Shown: positions 13,144 through 26,556 of the stretch, in pieces | Position numbering within the stretch: position 1 is the first letter of the stretch | Layout: every line of letters begins with the position of its first letter | From: Octopus vulgaris | Lineage: Eukaryota | Direction: 5' to 3' | Length of the DNA stretch: 64,000 bases | NCBI GenBank assembly: GCA_951406725.2 | Contig: OX597828.1 | Location: 51,832,001 to 51,896,000 of the forward strand | Notes under the pieces: model-generated | What the model saw: the letters and a program-made list of their open reading frames with translations, nothing else | Told to the model about the DNA's origin: nothing | Databases searched by the model: none | Position numbers and translations under genes: made by a program

Positions 13144-14938
13144 ATAATAATAATAATAATGTTAATAATAATAATAATAATTAGAAGAGGAAGAAGAAGA
13201 AGAAAAAAAAAGAAGAAGAAGAAGAAGAAGAAGAAGAAGAAGAACAACAACAACAATAACAACAACAAGAACGAGAACAAGAACAAGAAGCAGAAGAAGA
13301 AAACCTGGAGACGTTGAGACGTTTTACACCGCAGGGTATTTGAGATATTTCACCGGGGGCTATATAAAATTAGTGTGAACAAGAAAATAAAATAAAGAAT
13401 AAAATCAATATGAATATTAAAATATTTCATGAAAAGTGTTGAAAAACAATTACGTAATCTACGGTAATTGTATTGATCCGAATATTATTAAATGCTTTTA
13501 CAATTTGTTATTCATTTTTACATAGAAGTGTGGGAATGTTTGGATACATTGACCAGACAACATAGCTGTAGATTCTATTGTGAATGTAGTTGGATTTGGA
13601 AAAGACTGGGCAATTATACATGTCTAATTGTATTGTCGGGTGCAGATTATGCACCAGATATCACCATCGTCTTTTTGTCGTGTGAGCCTAGTATTTGGAT
13701 CTGGGTAGCTGATATGAAGTTTTTTTGTATTTACTCTTGAGTTGGTGTAGAATTTCTTGAATAGCTTCCTTGCATTATCACTAAGAGATAAGGATGAAAA
13801 TATTTCACAAGTATCATATGATTTATCAAAATGTGTTCTTGAGAAAATCGGCACCAGCAGAGCTCATAACACCAGCCACACTTGCTACTAACAGTCAATA
13901 TTCATACAATAGTACATGTTGATCAAAGTTTCACCCGAAGGAAAGCATCTCTCGTCAGTCCTATTAACAGTGCTATTCATTCATCACTTCACTTTGCCAT
14001 AACTTGGTATTAACTTAACAGGACTTGGCGAAACACCGCAAGTCACCAATATTTGGGCAAGAACACCATCCCTACAAAAACGACGTATCACTCTGTATGT
14101 ATGCTGAACCGATGCAATTTATAGCACTTCCATATCGCCTAAACTTATCATGAAGCGACAATTCCTTTTCTTGTCAATAGCTCTGCTAGACCAAGTATTT
14201 CTGGAAGTTGATCACATGTTTCAGTAACACAATAGTCTGTCTAACCTAAACCAGTTGACCCAATTGTGCATTCTCCAGCAGGCTATACGACTCAATCTGT
14301 GTCCTTATATTTTCGAACAGGGGAATCTAGCACCCCCACGCAGCTCAAAACAATATATTTGCATCACGATTTCTAGGTTATTTCTCTTCATCAGCACAGA
14401 ATAATTGCGCGGTTACACGTGGCGCTGGCAAATTCCCGTTCAAAATATATAGTTTTGAAATTGACAACTAGCCACTGATCTATAAATTAGAAAATTGCTA
14501 TTTTTAAATCTCAGAACGAAAATATAAGGACACAGATCGTGTCGTATAGCCAGCTGGAGATGATGTCTCCTGGGATTAAATTACAGCAACATTTGTCCTA
14601 AACCAGGACTGCCATGTTATGTTGGCAAACAGTCTTTACTCCAAAGTACTGTTGCTGAATATCCCTTGTTGTGAGATTTAAAAATAGTAATTTTCTAATT
14701 TATAGATCAGTGACTAGTTGTTTGAATATCTCTGCTTTTTTTAATTTTTTTTACATTCAAGACTTTCCAAACAGAAACCGAAAAACAAATAAAACTCAGG
14801 AAAATGTTAGGCAACGTCAAAAAAGTAAGTTCTTTGCCAACATGTTATATTGCGACATACAAGGGTTTCTTCACGCTATATTCTTTACTTTTATTATCGT
14901 TATTAGTATCATAAAAATGAAAATAAAAGAATAAACCA

Positions 14939-15005
<67 letters not shown>

Positions 15006-16445
15006 CATTATTAGTTTGCTTGTTTACATGACATGAAAATAGCCAATTAATTTCAGCTTCTAGACAACTTATTATGGCCAGCTATTTTCGTTTCTTTTAT
15101 AGCGGAGACATTTAGGGCATTATTTTACATTTCTGTCTGTTTTATATGTCTACTCCATTCGTGCAGACACATCAACACTATTGTCAGATTGTAAAGTAAA
15201 TTAGCTGATCTCTTCACGATATAATTGTGAATATTAGCTCTATTCTCACTCCCATTTTTTCTTTTTCCTATCGATAATACTTAATTTCATATAATAGACT
15301 CAAAGATTGCCTTAATTTGCTACATGGTTTCAGGTATGAGTTTAGCTGGAAAATTTTTTTAATTCTTTTTTTCCAAATGCTTTCTAACTGAACAAGATAA
15401 TGTTTATTACTGACACATGATCCATTTATAACTGTTGCGTTGCTTTGAAACACTATATTTTCGCAACGGTGTGTATGTGAATGTGGTGGCCAAAATTGTA
15501 AGAAAAAGATCGAATATGAGATTCCCTCAAACTATTTCCTTTTAATAAAATGTAAATAAAGCAAATGTACCAAAGAATTCACCAGGCAAATTTATTAAAA
15601 TGTATTAATAGTTTTGTTTTGGTTAAAAATGTGTGAGTGCATATTCAGACATATGGACACATAGAGAAACACACGCACATATGTGTGTGTGTCTGTGTGT
15701 GAAACTTTGCTGCCTTTGCTGGTTCTGTAGAACCTAGCTTTTCTGGATTTGCAACGAGGCAGGTAACTACAATACCAACCGACATTATAATTAGAAGTAT
15801 AATTCTAAATATCTCTTCTACATATTGTGTCCTCAGATTTCTCTAATTGTAACATACTTATTTTATTTTAATCCCTCTTTGGCATTATTTTAGCCTCTAC
15901 TGGAAAACTAATAGCTCCTCCTGTTTAATCTTGTCCAAGATTATTAGGTGTAATTTCAATTCATTTCATAGAAGATATTACAGCATCATTCTACTGGTAT
16001 GTGTTCATATTAAGGGTCAATATGCCCGTCATCTGGTTGTAATTTCTTATATATTTTTACAATTCTTTCTACAGATTGCAATATACTAATGAAAATATGC
16101 ATGTTGGCTATCATCTACTTCTTAGATATGTGATATTTGATATGTCTCGGACCCCTGCTCTGATGTAGGCCGTATCTTCGAACTAAATTCCGTACAACGC
16201 GCATCTGTTAACACAGCTTCGAGTGTCATCAGTTCGCTTTACTTTCTAAGCATCAAGTTTTTGTAATTAATTCCTATTCTTGTTTCGAAAACCATAATCA
16301 TCAAAGTGAGAGCTAACGTTGCGTTAGCTTAACTTCATGTATTTTCATTGTGCATAAGTTTCCACAGAGAAGCGGAAAAATCTATTGTATTTGAAGTAAC
16401 ATGTATGTGTGTATATATTTAATTTTATATTTAATTTTATATGTA

Positions 16446-16855
16446 AGGCGCAGGAGTGGCTGTGTGGTAAGTAGCTTGCTAACGAACCACATGGTTCCGT
16501 GTTCAGTCCCACTGTGTGGCATCTTGGGTAAGTGTTTTCTGCTATAGCCCCGGGACGACCAATGCCTTGTGAGTGGAATTGGTAGACGGAAACTGAAAAA
16601 AGCCTGTCGTATATATGTATGTATGTGTATGTGTTTGTGTGTCTGTGTTTGTACCCCTAGCATTGCTTGACATCCGATGCTGGTGTGTTTACGTCCCCGT
16701 CACTTAGCGGTTCGGCAAAAGACACCGATAGAATAAGTACTAGGCTTACAAAGAATAAATCCCGGGGTCGATTTGCTCGACTAAAGGCGGTGCTCCAGCA
16801 TGGCCGCAGTCAAATGACTGAAACATGTAAAAGAGTAAAAGAGAGAGAGTAAGAG
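16446..16855 (+). mobile_element. Full-length tRNA-derived SINE with internal TA/TG tract and (GTAAAAGA)n tail
   Basis: A-box tggctgtgtgg, B-box-like gttcagtccc; near-identical to 20920-21332 and to the reverse complement of 36920-37320. Confidence 0.9.
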
Positions 16856-17114
16856 TATGTTTGTATCTGTGCATGGCTTAGTGGTTAGGGTGCTGCACTT
16901 GATTCAGTAAAGCATTTCATTTTACGTTGTTCTGCGATCATTTCGTCATGTGACATGTAACACACTCGTACAGGCAATGTCACTTTGATGGAATGAGTGA
17001 CACCTTTGATAGAATGAGTGAACACAAACATTTGATCACTATAAAAATCATCGGTGATGTTGTTTGGCAAGAAATTCGGAACGCTCATACGCCGTCCAAC
17101 GACGGGAAAGTCCA

Positions 17115-17165
<51 letters not shown>

Positions 17166-17190
17166 CGTGTGTGTATGTGTGTGTGTGTAT

Positions 17191-17311
17191 ATAATTGCAG
17201 CGTGGAAGGTATTTATAAGCCATTTAAAAAACACACAAAAATCGTTAGTGAATCTAATGGTTTTTGTGTGTTTCTTAAATGGCTTATAAACAACTTCCAC
17301 GCTGCAATTAT
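17191..17311. repeat. 121-bp imperfect palindrome (fold-back)
   Basis: ataattgcagcgtggaag..ttataagccatttaa..cacacaaaaa..ttag / ctaa..tttttgtgtg..ttaaatggcttataa..cttccacgctgcaattat. Confidence 0.9.
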
Positions 17312-17660
17312 TTTCGTTCCAGCACACGATCTCAGATCAAGTCACTCGCTATGCAAGTACATATCTTATATATATATATATATATATATATTATATTATG
17401 GTGGCTATATGCAATTTACAAGCGAAAGGCAACAAGTATATTCGTCACTAAAGTAATGGAGGGTTCTAATCAGTACACGCTTTGCTAGAAATAAGAGTCA
17501 AAACAACTCTTAGCCACCTGAGAGTATTTTTCTAACGGCTGGCAAGGGAGTCAGGCTCCCTACCTACGACAAACGAGACAGAGGCGTATCAGCGAGGATT
17601 TCAGATTTCAGCATTCTCCATCAGTGACCCATTATGTATGTATGTATGTATGTATGTGTG

Positions 17661-17698
<38 letters not shown>

Positions 17699-19129
17699 AT
17701 GTTTGTGGGTGCGCGCGCATTTTTAACAGCAATTCAACATGGTTTCTGACACAGTAACAAAACTCTCTCACTGTAATGTAACTAAATAATTACAGGCAAA
17801 AGTTAATTAATGAACCTGTAGACTTTTGTGTATTATTAATGTTCTACACACACAATTTTTGGGAAAGTTCTTGTGATTTTCTTAATATATTTGCCTGAAC
17901 CATTCCATCTTTACGAAATTATCACCTAGATATTTGCTAAAGCTGCTAATTGCACTAATAATCACAGGAATAAATGTGAGATTTTATAACGTAATATATA
18001 AGATTGTATGTGTGGATGCATGTATTTATGCATGCGTTGGCAAACATCGACAAATGTGACCGTGTCAGATATGTGTGTGAGTCTGTCCGATATGAAAGAC
18101 TATACCTGTTTGTTTGCAAGTATTAGTCTTTGCACAACTGTACAGGATATGACGCATTTCTCCATCATAAAATTACATTAAAACGCATGATTCTGCGTAA
18201 TTTTGTACATTTTCTAAATGTGTTTTTTTTCGTAATATCGCAGAGCATTAGTTATACGTGTTATGCTGTATAAGAGCATTAAAATGTTCACTGCCACAAC
18301 ACGTAATTACTCTCGATGAAGTAATTCAGACTACATCTTTATTTTAACCGGAATATAAAATGTTTATAAAACTTGACAGATGCAACGGATTGGAAATTGA
18401 AATAAAAATACGGCAACGGTCTCCGCTCTAATGGCAAATGCTTCGCACAATACAAATAAAACAAGATTAATTATATTTAAAAGCAATTTCCAGTTTTCAT
18501 AGGAATGTGTTGCGTAAGTTTGATATTTGTTAAATAACATGCACCATATATAAGCTCTAATTACAACATGATAGACACATAAGGTCATTAATTACCAATA
18601 GGTGAATGAATGAATGAATGAATGAATGAATGAAACCAAAAGTTGTATTAAACTTGCAATGTAACAGAAGAAAAAATACTTTATTGTCAAATGTAATCGT
18701 GTGGTACGCAAAATGAAATTTCGATGAAAATTTCCATTGGCTCAGATGTAACCTTAATTAACAAAGATAAAATGCAAATAAAAATGACATGCGTACTTAA
18801 TTACAGATCATAATTAATTTTTAATGATAAGTATATTTACTTGGACTTGCCGACTTTTCTGACGAAATGTTTAATTAGAGAGGTATCATTTGAGTGCATT
18901 AGTTATAAACGCATTTATCCCGTATATATAAAATTTTGTGGCTTTCGTATGTATGTATGTATGTATGTATGTATGTATGTATGTATGTATGTATGTATGT
19001 ATATATGTATTATGTATGCATACATGTATGTATGTATGAATGTATGTACGCAAGTATATATATTTACATGCGTAGATAATCATATTGTGTATATATCTTT
19101 TATCTTTTATTTCTTTCATTCATAAGACT

Positions 19130-19430
19130 ATGAATCGATCCTGGTACTTATTCTATGGTCTCTCCGTTGCCAAACGTGTAAGATACGGGGAGGCAAATAC
19201 ACCAACGGTTATGAAGCAGTGGTGGCGGACAAACATACACACGCACATCCTACGCATACCCTCCATATATATACACGACGAGATTCTTTCAGTTTCCGAC
19301 TACCAAATCTATTCAGGAAGCTTTAGTCGGCCTGAGGCTATAGTTGATGACACTTGCCCAAGGAGCGAAGCAGTGGGACTCAACCAGGAACCATGTGGTT
19401 GGGAAGTAAGCTTCTTACCACACAGCCACG
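19130..19430 (-). mobile_element. Diverged copy of the 16446-type SINE
   Basis: Reverse complement similarity (ttctttcagtttccgactaccaaat..gacacttgcccaagg..cttaccacacagccac). Confidence 0.8.
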
Positions 19431-19800
19431 TGTATATATATATAAATATATATAAGGTGTATATATATAAATATATATACACCTTATCTCGTGTTGCTCT
19501 GCGATCACTTCGACTCATGACGCGTGGCATACTGTGTACCTGTTCTTGTAGTGTCGATGTTTTTTTTTTACAGAGTAGAGTAATCAATCGCACTTACAGT
19601 TGATCACTATAGACAAATTATCGATGCAGGTCGTTCGTCAGCTGATCCAGCATACGTCGTTTTTAACGAGAGAGACCATCAATGTTATAGTCGAGGCGTC
19701 GATGTGGCAGAATCGTTAGCATACTGTTCCTTTCTAAATTGCACCGAGGCCGACTTGGCGTTTCAGTGTATCAAGATCGATAGAATAAGTACTAACTGTG

Positions 19801-20135
19801 AAGGCGCATGGCTCAGTGGTTAGAGCGTCGAGCTTACGATCGTGAGGTTGTGAGCTCGAATCCCGGACCGGGCTGCGTGTTGTGTTCTTGAGCAAGGCAC
19901 TTTATTTCACGTTGCTCCAGTTCACTCAGCTGTAGAAATGAGTTGCGACGTCACTGGTGCCAAGCTGTATCGACCTTTGTCTTTCCCTTGGATAACACTG
20001 GTGGCGTGGAGAGGGGAGGCTGGTATGCATGGGCGACTGCTGGTCTTCTATAAACAACCTCGCCCGGACTTGTGTCTAGGAGGGTAACTTTCTAGGTGCA
20101 ATCCCATGGTCTGTGTCGTGACCGAAGGGGGTCTC
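19801..20135 (+). mobile_element. Full-length tRNA-derived SINE with CORE-like segment, nested in an older Meta-like SINE (19705-19797 and 20136-20200)
   Basis: tRNA-like head ggctcagtggttagagcg..ctcgaatccc; CORE-like gtgttcttgagcaaggcacttt; related pieces at 22552-22680, 30580-30775 (-) and 58530-58645. Confidence 0.88.
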
Positions 20136-20408
20136 CGATACTGGTGCCAATGCAATCGACAAGCATCCTCCCCTAATATTTCAAGTGTTGTGACTATATT
20201 GAAAATATTATTATTGTTGTTGATATTGATGTTTAGTTGTTGCTGCTGTTCTTGTGGTTATTATTATCATTATGAGGTTAGTCGATCGGCAGTGTCTTTA
20301 CACCCACGGAAATTGTTTTTGCTCTATTTCTTCCGGCCGTTTAAGCTTTGAGCTTATACCAACCGTGGTAACTTTGCCAAATCTGCCCTTTTGAGTGAAT
20401 AAACAATA

Positions 20409-20636
20409 CAGTAATCCCTCGCCATATCGCAGTTCACCTACCGCGCTCTCAGTAAATCAGGATTCACCTATCGCGCACTCATCACATCGTTGATTTTTAC
20501 TGGCTAATATACGTAAATTTATAACGCGGCTTCTTTATTATATCGCGGGTTTCTGCGGCCGATAGGAATGATGTTTTTTAGATATAAATCATATCTGTTT
20601 TGGAACGTAACTCTCGTGATAATCGAGGGACTACTA
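20409..20636. mobile_element. Tigger/pogo-like MITE
   Basis: TA|cagtaatccctcg ... cgagggactacta|TA terminal inverted repeats with TA flanks; internal ttcacctatcgcg-type subterminal repeats. Confidence 0.8.
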
Positions 20637-20919
20637 TATACCATTCTAGACAGTTTGATTGCTGGCGCTTTTAGTGTATTGAAGGGTTTAATTTGTGTAT
20701 TTATTCCGGGTCTTTGCGTTGAGAGCTCAATTCTCACCTACTTTTGCCGGAAACAGTTGCGCTTTCTTTGAGAATCAACAAAATGACTTGAAACAAAAAT
20801 ATGCGTACACCACGCTTCACACAGCAAGCTGGCCTATGTTGTAGTCTGTTGTGAAATAATGCATGAAAAAAAACAATCAAATAAAAACATATCTATTCAT
20901 GAAAGACAATAAAAAATAT

Positions 20920-21332
20920 CGCAGGAGTAGCTGTGTGGTAAGTAGCTTGCTAACCAACCACATGGTTCCGGGTTCAGTCCCACTCCGTGGCATCTTGGGC
21001 AAGTGTCTTCTGCTATAGCCCCGGGCCGACCAATGCCTTGTGAGTGGATTTGGTAGACGGAAACTGAAAGAAGCCTGTCGTATATATGTATATATATATA
21101 TGTATGTGTGTGTATATGTTTGTGTGAATGTGTTTGTCCACCTAGCATTGCTTGACAACCGATGCTGGTGTGTTTACGTCCCCGTCACTTAGCGGTTCGG
21201 CAAAAGAGACCGATAGAATAAGTACTGGGCTTACAACGAATAAGTCCCGGGGTCGAGTTGCTCGACTAAAGGCGGTGCTCCAGCATGGCCGCAGTCAAAT
21301 GACTGAAACAAGTAAAAGAGTAAAAGAGTAAA
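20920..21332 (+). mobile_element. Near full-length tRNA-derived SINE (same family as 16446)
   Basis: Co-linear with 16446-16855 including the gtaaaaga tail. Confidence 0.9.
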
Positions 21333-22134
21333 CGAAAAGACAATCTAAGAAAAGAAAAACACAGTCAACGCTTTTATGTGGGAATGCGACGCTGTTAGGG
21401 AATCTGGTTCAAAGTGTGGTTTGCTTTACTGCGATTGCGCAGACCTATTATCTGGTATCAATAATAGTCTACGTTTCTTTTTTCGTTCACTTCTCAGCAG
21501 TGGCCTATTTTCTTAGCAGTCAGGGTTTGTTAATTATTGCTCGTATTTTTCTGTGTCTTATTCCCATTATTATGAGAAGCATAATTTGAAAAAGCATGTT
21601 TTTCATCCTATAGATTTTATCTAACTTTATTTATTATCTGTCCAAGTAATGCTATTCTTCTTAGAAAATACATTGCTCTCTGCTTCCGTTAATGTAATAA
21701 CAATTGTTTACTGTCGTTAAATACCCGAATACTTTTTGTTTCTTTTTCACAATTATTTTGTGTTTTGTGTTTTTGTTGTATGAACAAAGTAATATCCGCA
21801 TTTTCGCAGATATGTTTGCATTTTCATGTCTCACATCCTAGTTATTTAAGTTATCTACACCATTATGACGCCGTGATCTTATATTTGTCTAAGACAGCAA
21901 TTGCTTCTTAGAAAGACAGTTTTATGTATATATGTGTCTGAAATTCACGTTCAAAACTTCGTAACATTTGTCAGTTGTGTGTCATGTCTGTCACTACATA
22001 AACCTGAAGATTTCGTAACGCATGAAAGTACTAGTTTGTTTCAATATTGTAAGATTCTAAAAATTGCAAATAATAAAACCTGGAAATCAGACTTGGACTT
22101 TCGTTGATTAATATATTCTTTTATACACAATCAT

Positions 22135-22241
<107 letters not shown>

Positions 22242-23094
22242 GGAAACAAGAACATAATCCCAAAGTGGCTCACTGCTTACTTTTTAACACAGCATATCTA
22301 TGAAGAGATATTCACTTGGGTGAAAGCCTCAACATCACGCCTGTCAATGGTGTAAATATTGCTTAATCTGATATAAAAATGCATATTTTAATTTAATGCT
22401 GTTAAACTTGAGTACTTTGTCTTTATATGGTAGCTAACCATCCCAGAATGTGATGCTAACTCAAGCTTTATCTTTTAGCCAAAATGAGACAAAAAATGCT
22501 ACGAACACAGAATTTCGTTATGCACCCATATTTTTTTCTCATTTCCTAAGAAGGCGCCTGGCTTAGCATTTAGGGAGTTGCACTCATCATCGCACATTGG
22601 TCGGTTTCAATCCCGATCTGGGCAGCGTGTTTTGTTCTTAAGCAAAACATTTCATTTCATGTCGTTCTTGTGCTGTGTGGGTACCAGCATATAAAAAAAT
22701 AGACCCTACGTTTCATCTGTCTGTCTTGAAAGGCGACTAAAAGCGGATTAAATAGGATTTGCACTCCGACATCGTAAGACTCTCACCAGCAACGACTACT
22801 AAAAACACACCCATGGGTTGGAGATGTGTCATCTCAGTGGTTCAAAGATATCCACTGCCAGTTATAGGTAATCAATAAGGGCTTGTGGATGCAGCGACAA
22901 GCTGTTTCAGCACAAGAAAATGGGGCATGTTTCCGTGCCCTTATTTCTTCTCCTCCTCTTCTTGAGAGTCAGATACTACTGACAATAAACTCCCGCTCTA
23001 ACATATAAATAGAAATCGTAGACAGTTAACATAGGTACCACAAATATCAGTGAAGCGCTTGTTCATATAACGGTCATAGATATATCTTCGGCAG

Positions 23095-23300
23095 AAGGCA
23101 GCAAGTTGGCAGATTCGTTAGCACGCCGCGGAAAATACTTAGCGGCATTTCGTTCATCTTTATGCTCTGAGTTCAAATTCCGCCGAGGTTGATTATTACG
23201 TTTTGGGCAGGACAAAATAAGTTCCAGTCGAACACTGGTGCCTGTGTAATTGATTCCCACCGTCTCCCAAAATTGCTGGCCTTGTGCCAATATTCGAAAT
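23095..23300 (+). mobile_element. Diverged Meta-like SINE
   Basis: aaggcagcaagttggcagattcgttagcacgcc..gagttcaaattccgccgagg matches the head at 27887. Confidence 0.75.
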
Positions 23301-23914
23301 CAATATTACGTTGGCAGACGATCTGACATACGAACGACTTGTAATGTGTGAAACAGCAGCTGCCGGATTAAGGTAACTTTTATATACTGACACAAGACAT
23401 CTGGAAATAAAATAGGATTTTCTTTATAAATACACGAGGAATAATATTTATTTAGAACCCTATGCTTTGCCTTAGTTAGCTGTCTTTGTAAGACATTCCT
23501 TTTGTATAGGATTGGAGAAAAATTAACATATTTACGTGATTCCATAAATTGTGATAAATACGTTGATGCGTGGTTATCAAAAAGTCCACCTACATGCAAA
23601 AAAATGTCAAAAAATTTATTTAAGTACTTGAAGGAAAGTGAATATACTTTATGCTTTACCATATATTTTATGCTTTACAGCAGAAAAATTTCGGATGAGC
23701 AAATGTTGCAAAATTGTCAGAGTGTCTGCAAAAATGTGTTATTCCTTGTTCGATTGTACAGATATAAAGTTAATGAAGCAAAACAACCGATAGTTTTCTG
23801 CTATTTTTAGTTTAAAACCTAAACTTTATAACCTCTTGATAACCACTCATTTAGAAGGAGAGAAATTACGTATATATACACAAAGAGAAATACACACATG
23901 TACATACATAAAAA

Positions 23915-23957
<43 letters not shown>

Positions 23958-24799
23958 GCATTGATACGACTCTTGATCTGTCTCTTTCTCTCTCTCTCTC
24001 TCCTCCCTTATTCCCCTTCCTTTCTGTCCCTCTCCATCCGTCCCCCCTTCTACGTTTCTCTATCTCTCTCACCTCCAGTCCCCTCGATCTGTCTCTTTCT
24101 TCTCCTCCCTCGTCCACCTTCTCTCTCTTTTCATCTGTCCCTTTCTCCTGTCTTTTGTTCTCACGTGACCGCTAGCCACTGCTGAGCCCTCTTTTCGTTC
24201 CAGCAGTCGTTGAAGCAACACGTATTTGTTCGTCTCCCTGCGGCCATTAGGCACAACTTCATAAACCAGCCCCAAACTCAACTCGTCCTGTCGAAAGACC
24301 CTTGTCCTACGTACTGGTTTTGTTTTGTTTCTTATCTTTACCGTTATTGTTTTTACGTTTTTGTATTCTTATTGGTGTCACGTATTCTGTATTTTTGTTC
24401 GTGTACTTCGTTCGTTTTCCGTCCTCGTGTTGTATACATTCGAAGCTTTTTTCCAGGGGATCTAATGCGCTTGGCTTAGATTTCCCTTGGCGGGCTGCCC
24501 AGATCGGAGCAATCTCAAGATTAATCAGCCGAAATTGCGAAGATGATCTGGTTCTTGACTGATGACTGAGGGCTTCGAATGTCCCGTCCTGTGGTTCTTG
24601 TGTCGTCTCTTTGGTGTTTCATGTTCTTGTCCATGTCTGTAATTATTTTTATTTTTACTGTTTACATATATATATATATATATATATACATGAATATATG
24701 CATGGGTGTATAAACATACTTATATGCACAAACACACACACATATATATATGTATGCATATATATATATATACTAATATATATATATGTATGTATGTAT

Positions 24800-24843
<44 letters not shown>

Positions 24844-24906
24844 GTACATATATATATACATACATACTGGCTGTTTTTATATGCGGAATAGTATAACACA
24901 TTATTT

Positions 24907-24954
<48 letters not shown>

Positions 24955-24980
24955 GAGTGTATTTTTATCTTGTTAAAAAT

Positions 24981-25070
24981 TAACATTCCTGAGGAAAAGA
25001 TTGCATTGTTTATACCATTTATTCTTTTAAATAATATCAGTGGAATTTTCGAAACATATGTCGAAAGTAA
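24981..25070 (+). ncRNA. Type I hammerhead ribozyme-like motif (stem II closing pair mutated)
   Basis: CTGAGGA (24989-24995) - stem II AAAGATTGCATTG/CAGTGGAATTTTC - GAAA (25051-25054) - CATATG - TC; short stem I ttc/gaa. Confidence 0.7.
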
Positions 25071-25563
25071 AAATATTTGATTACACCTGCGTTAAACTCC
25101 ATTTATTTATTCATATATATATACAGAGTTGTGTATGATTTTACTGCAACACGTAATGTGTGTGTGTGTGCCTGTGGGTATTTTCGAACATATTTATTAT
25201 GTGGGTATTAAATAAGTGAAGTAATGTCTAGCTTTGCAGTTACGTAATAAAGTAATATAGGAAATTAAGAAAGCAAACTAATGACACAATGACCAGTTGT
25301 CGGTTTAGGTTTTTGGTTGAGCAGCGCACATGAAAGAACTGGCGTAAGATGCTTATACTGATTGAGGGAGAGAGGAAGAAAGAGAGGGAGAGAGAAAGAG
25401 GGAGAGAGAAGGAGAGAGAGGGAGTGGGAGAGAGAGGGAGAAGGGGAGAGAGAAAGAGAGAGAGAGAGAGGGGAACATCAACAGACTCATTCGTAGACGG
25501 ATAGACTGATGCATAGGTAGATAGATAGATAGAAATATAGATAGATAGATAGATAGACAGATG

Positions 25564-25600
<37 letters not shown>

Positions 25601-25714
25601 GTAGATAGATAGATAGATAGAGAGATTGATAGATAGATAGAGAGATTGATAGATAGATGGATAGATAGATAGATAGATAGAATGCTTGCTTAGATATACA
25701 CTTTCATAAGCAGC

Positions 25715-25781
<67 letters not shown>

Positions 25782-25817
25782 GAAAGATAGAGTCGAACGA
25801 CGATTTAACAAAATTCC

Positions 25818-25910
25818 TTTATTGTCGACATATGTTTCGAAGGCTGCATATTCTTAATTCCGAAGGAATAAAGGGTGCATTATGCCGCCTTCTCATCAGG
25901 AAAGACAAGG
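25818..25910 (-). ncRNA. Type I hammerhead ribozyme (Penelope/retrozyme-type, palindromic stem III)
   Basis: Minus strand: CTGATGA (25899-25893) GAAGGCgGCATA...TATGCaGCCTTC GAAA CATATG TC; core intact, GUC cleavage triplet ending at 25827, AATAAA just downstream. Confidence 0.82.
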
Positions 25911-25938
25911 AACTTACGTCAGCATCATGACGAACAAA

Positions 25939-25992
<54 letters not shown>

Positions 25993-26520
25993 TACATGCA
26001 TAAATACATACATACATATATACAGACATACATACATACATACATACGATGCGCTTCATTCAGTTCTTCAAACAAATCTACCCATAAGGCTTTGGTCGAA
26101 GACACTTACCGAAGGCGCCACGCAGTAGGTCTGAACCCGAAACCATGTGGTTGTAAGCAAACTTCTTATCCTACAGTCACGCCTGCATACGTACACATAC
26201 TATTGGTCACAAGTATGGCACAAGGCCAGTATTTCGTGGTAGGTTTATTACATTAATATCAGTACTCAAATGGTACCTATTTTACCAACCCACACCACCG
26301 CAACAGTAACAACAACTAAAGAAATAAAAGGCAAATTCAACCTCGCCAGAATGTGAACACAGAACTTGAAGACAGATGAAATAGCGCTAAGCATTTTTGC
26401 CCCTTCATATGGTACTGCCAGTTCGGTCCTTAACACTTTCATTTCATATTATTTGTCCAATGTTATCAAGTGTAAACTTTCGGAAGACCAAAATGTTGGC
26501 TGCAGAATCAAGGAACTTAC

Positions 26521-26556
26521 AAATGGTAGACAAAGCTCATTACTTCTTGGTTTTAA
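26521..26556 (-). other. Candidate 36-nt microexon (LKPRSNELCLPF)
   Basis: Minus strand tttatttccttcacAG | 36 nt, phase 0 open | GTAAGT; no homology recognised. Confidence 0.3.

Noticed and set aside
13500-14250. Possible decayed Penelope RT on the minus strand (FYTN.., RQKDDG)
   Set aside because: Motifs too degraded to call.
16205-16236. CTGATGA on the minus strand
   Set aside because: No stem II or GAAA-NUH arrangement, so not a hammerhead.
19803-19872. tRNA-like sequence (also at 16446, 31000-31060 and 61990-62060)
   Set aside because: Runs directly into multi-copy SINE bodies; these are SINE heads, not tRNA genes.
23502-23810. 102-aa non-repetitive ORF
   Set aside because: No recognisable homology and weak splice signals; cannot be supported.
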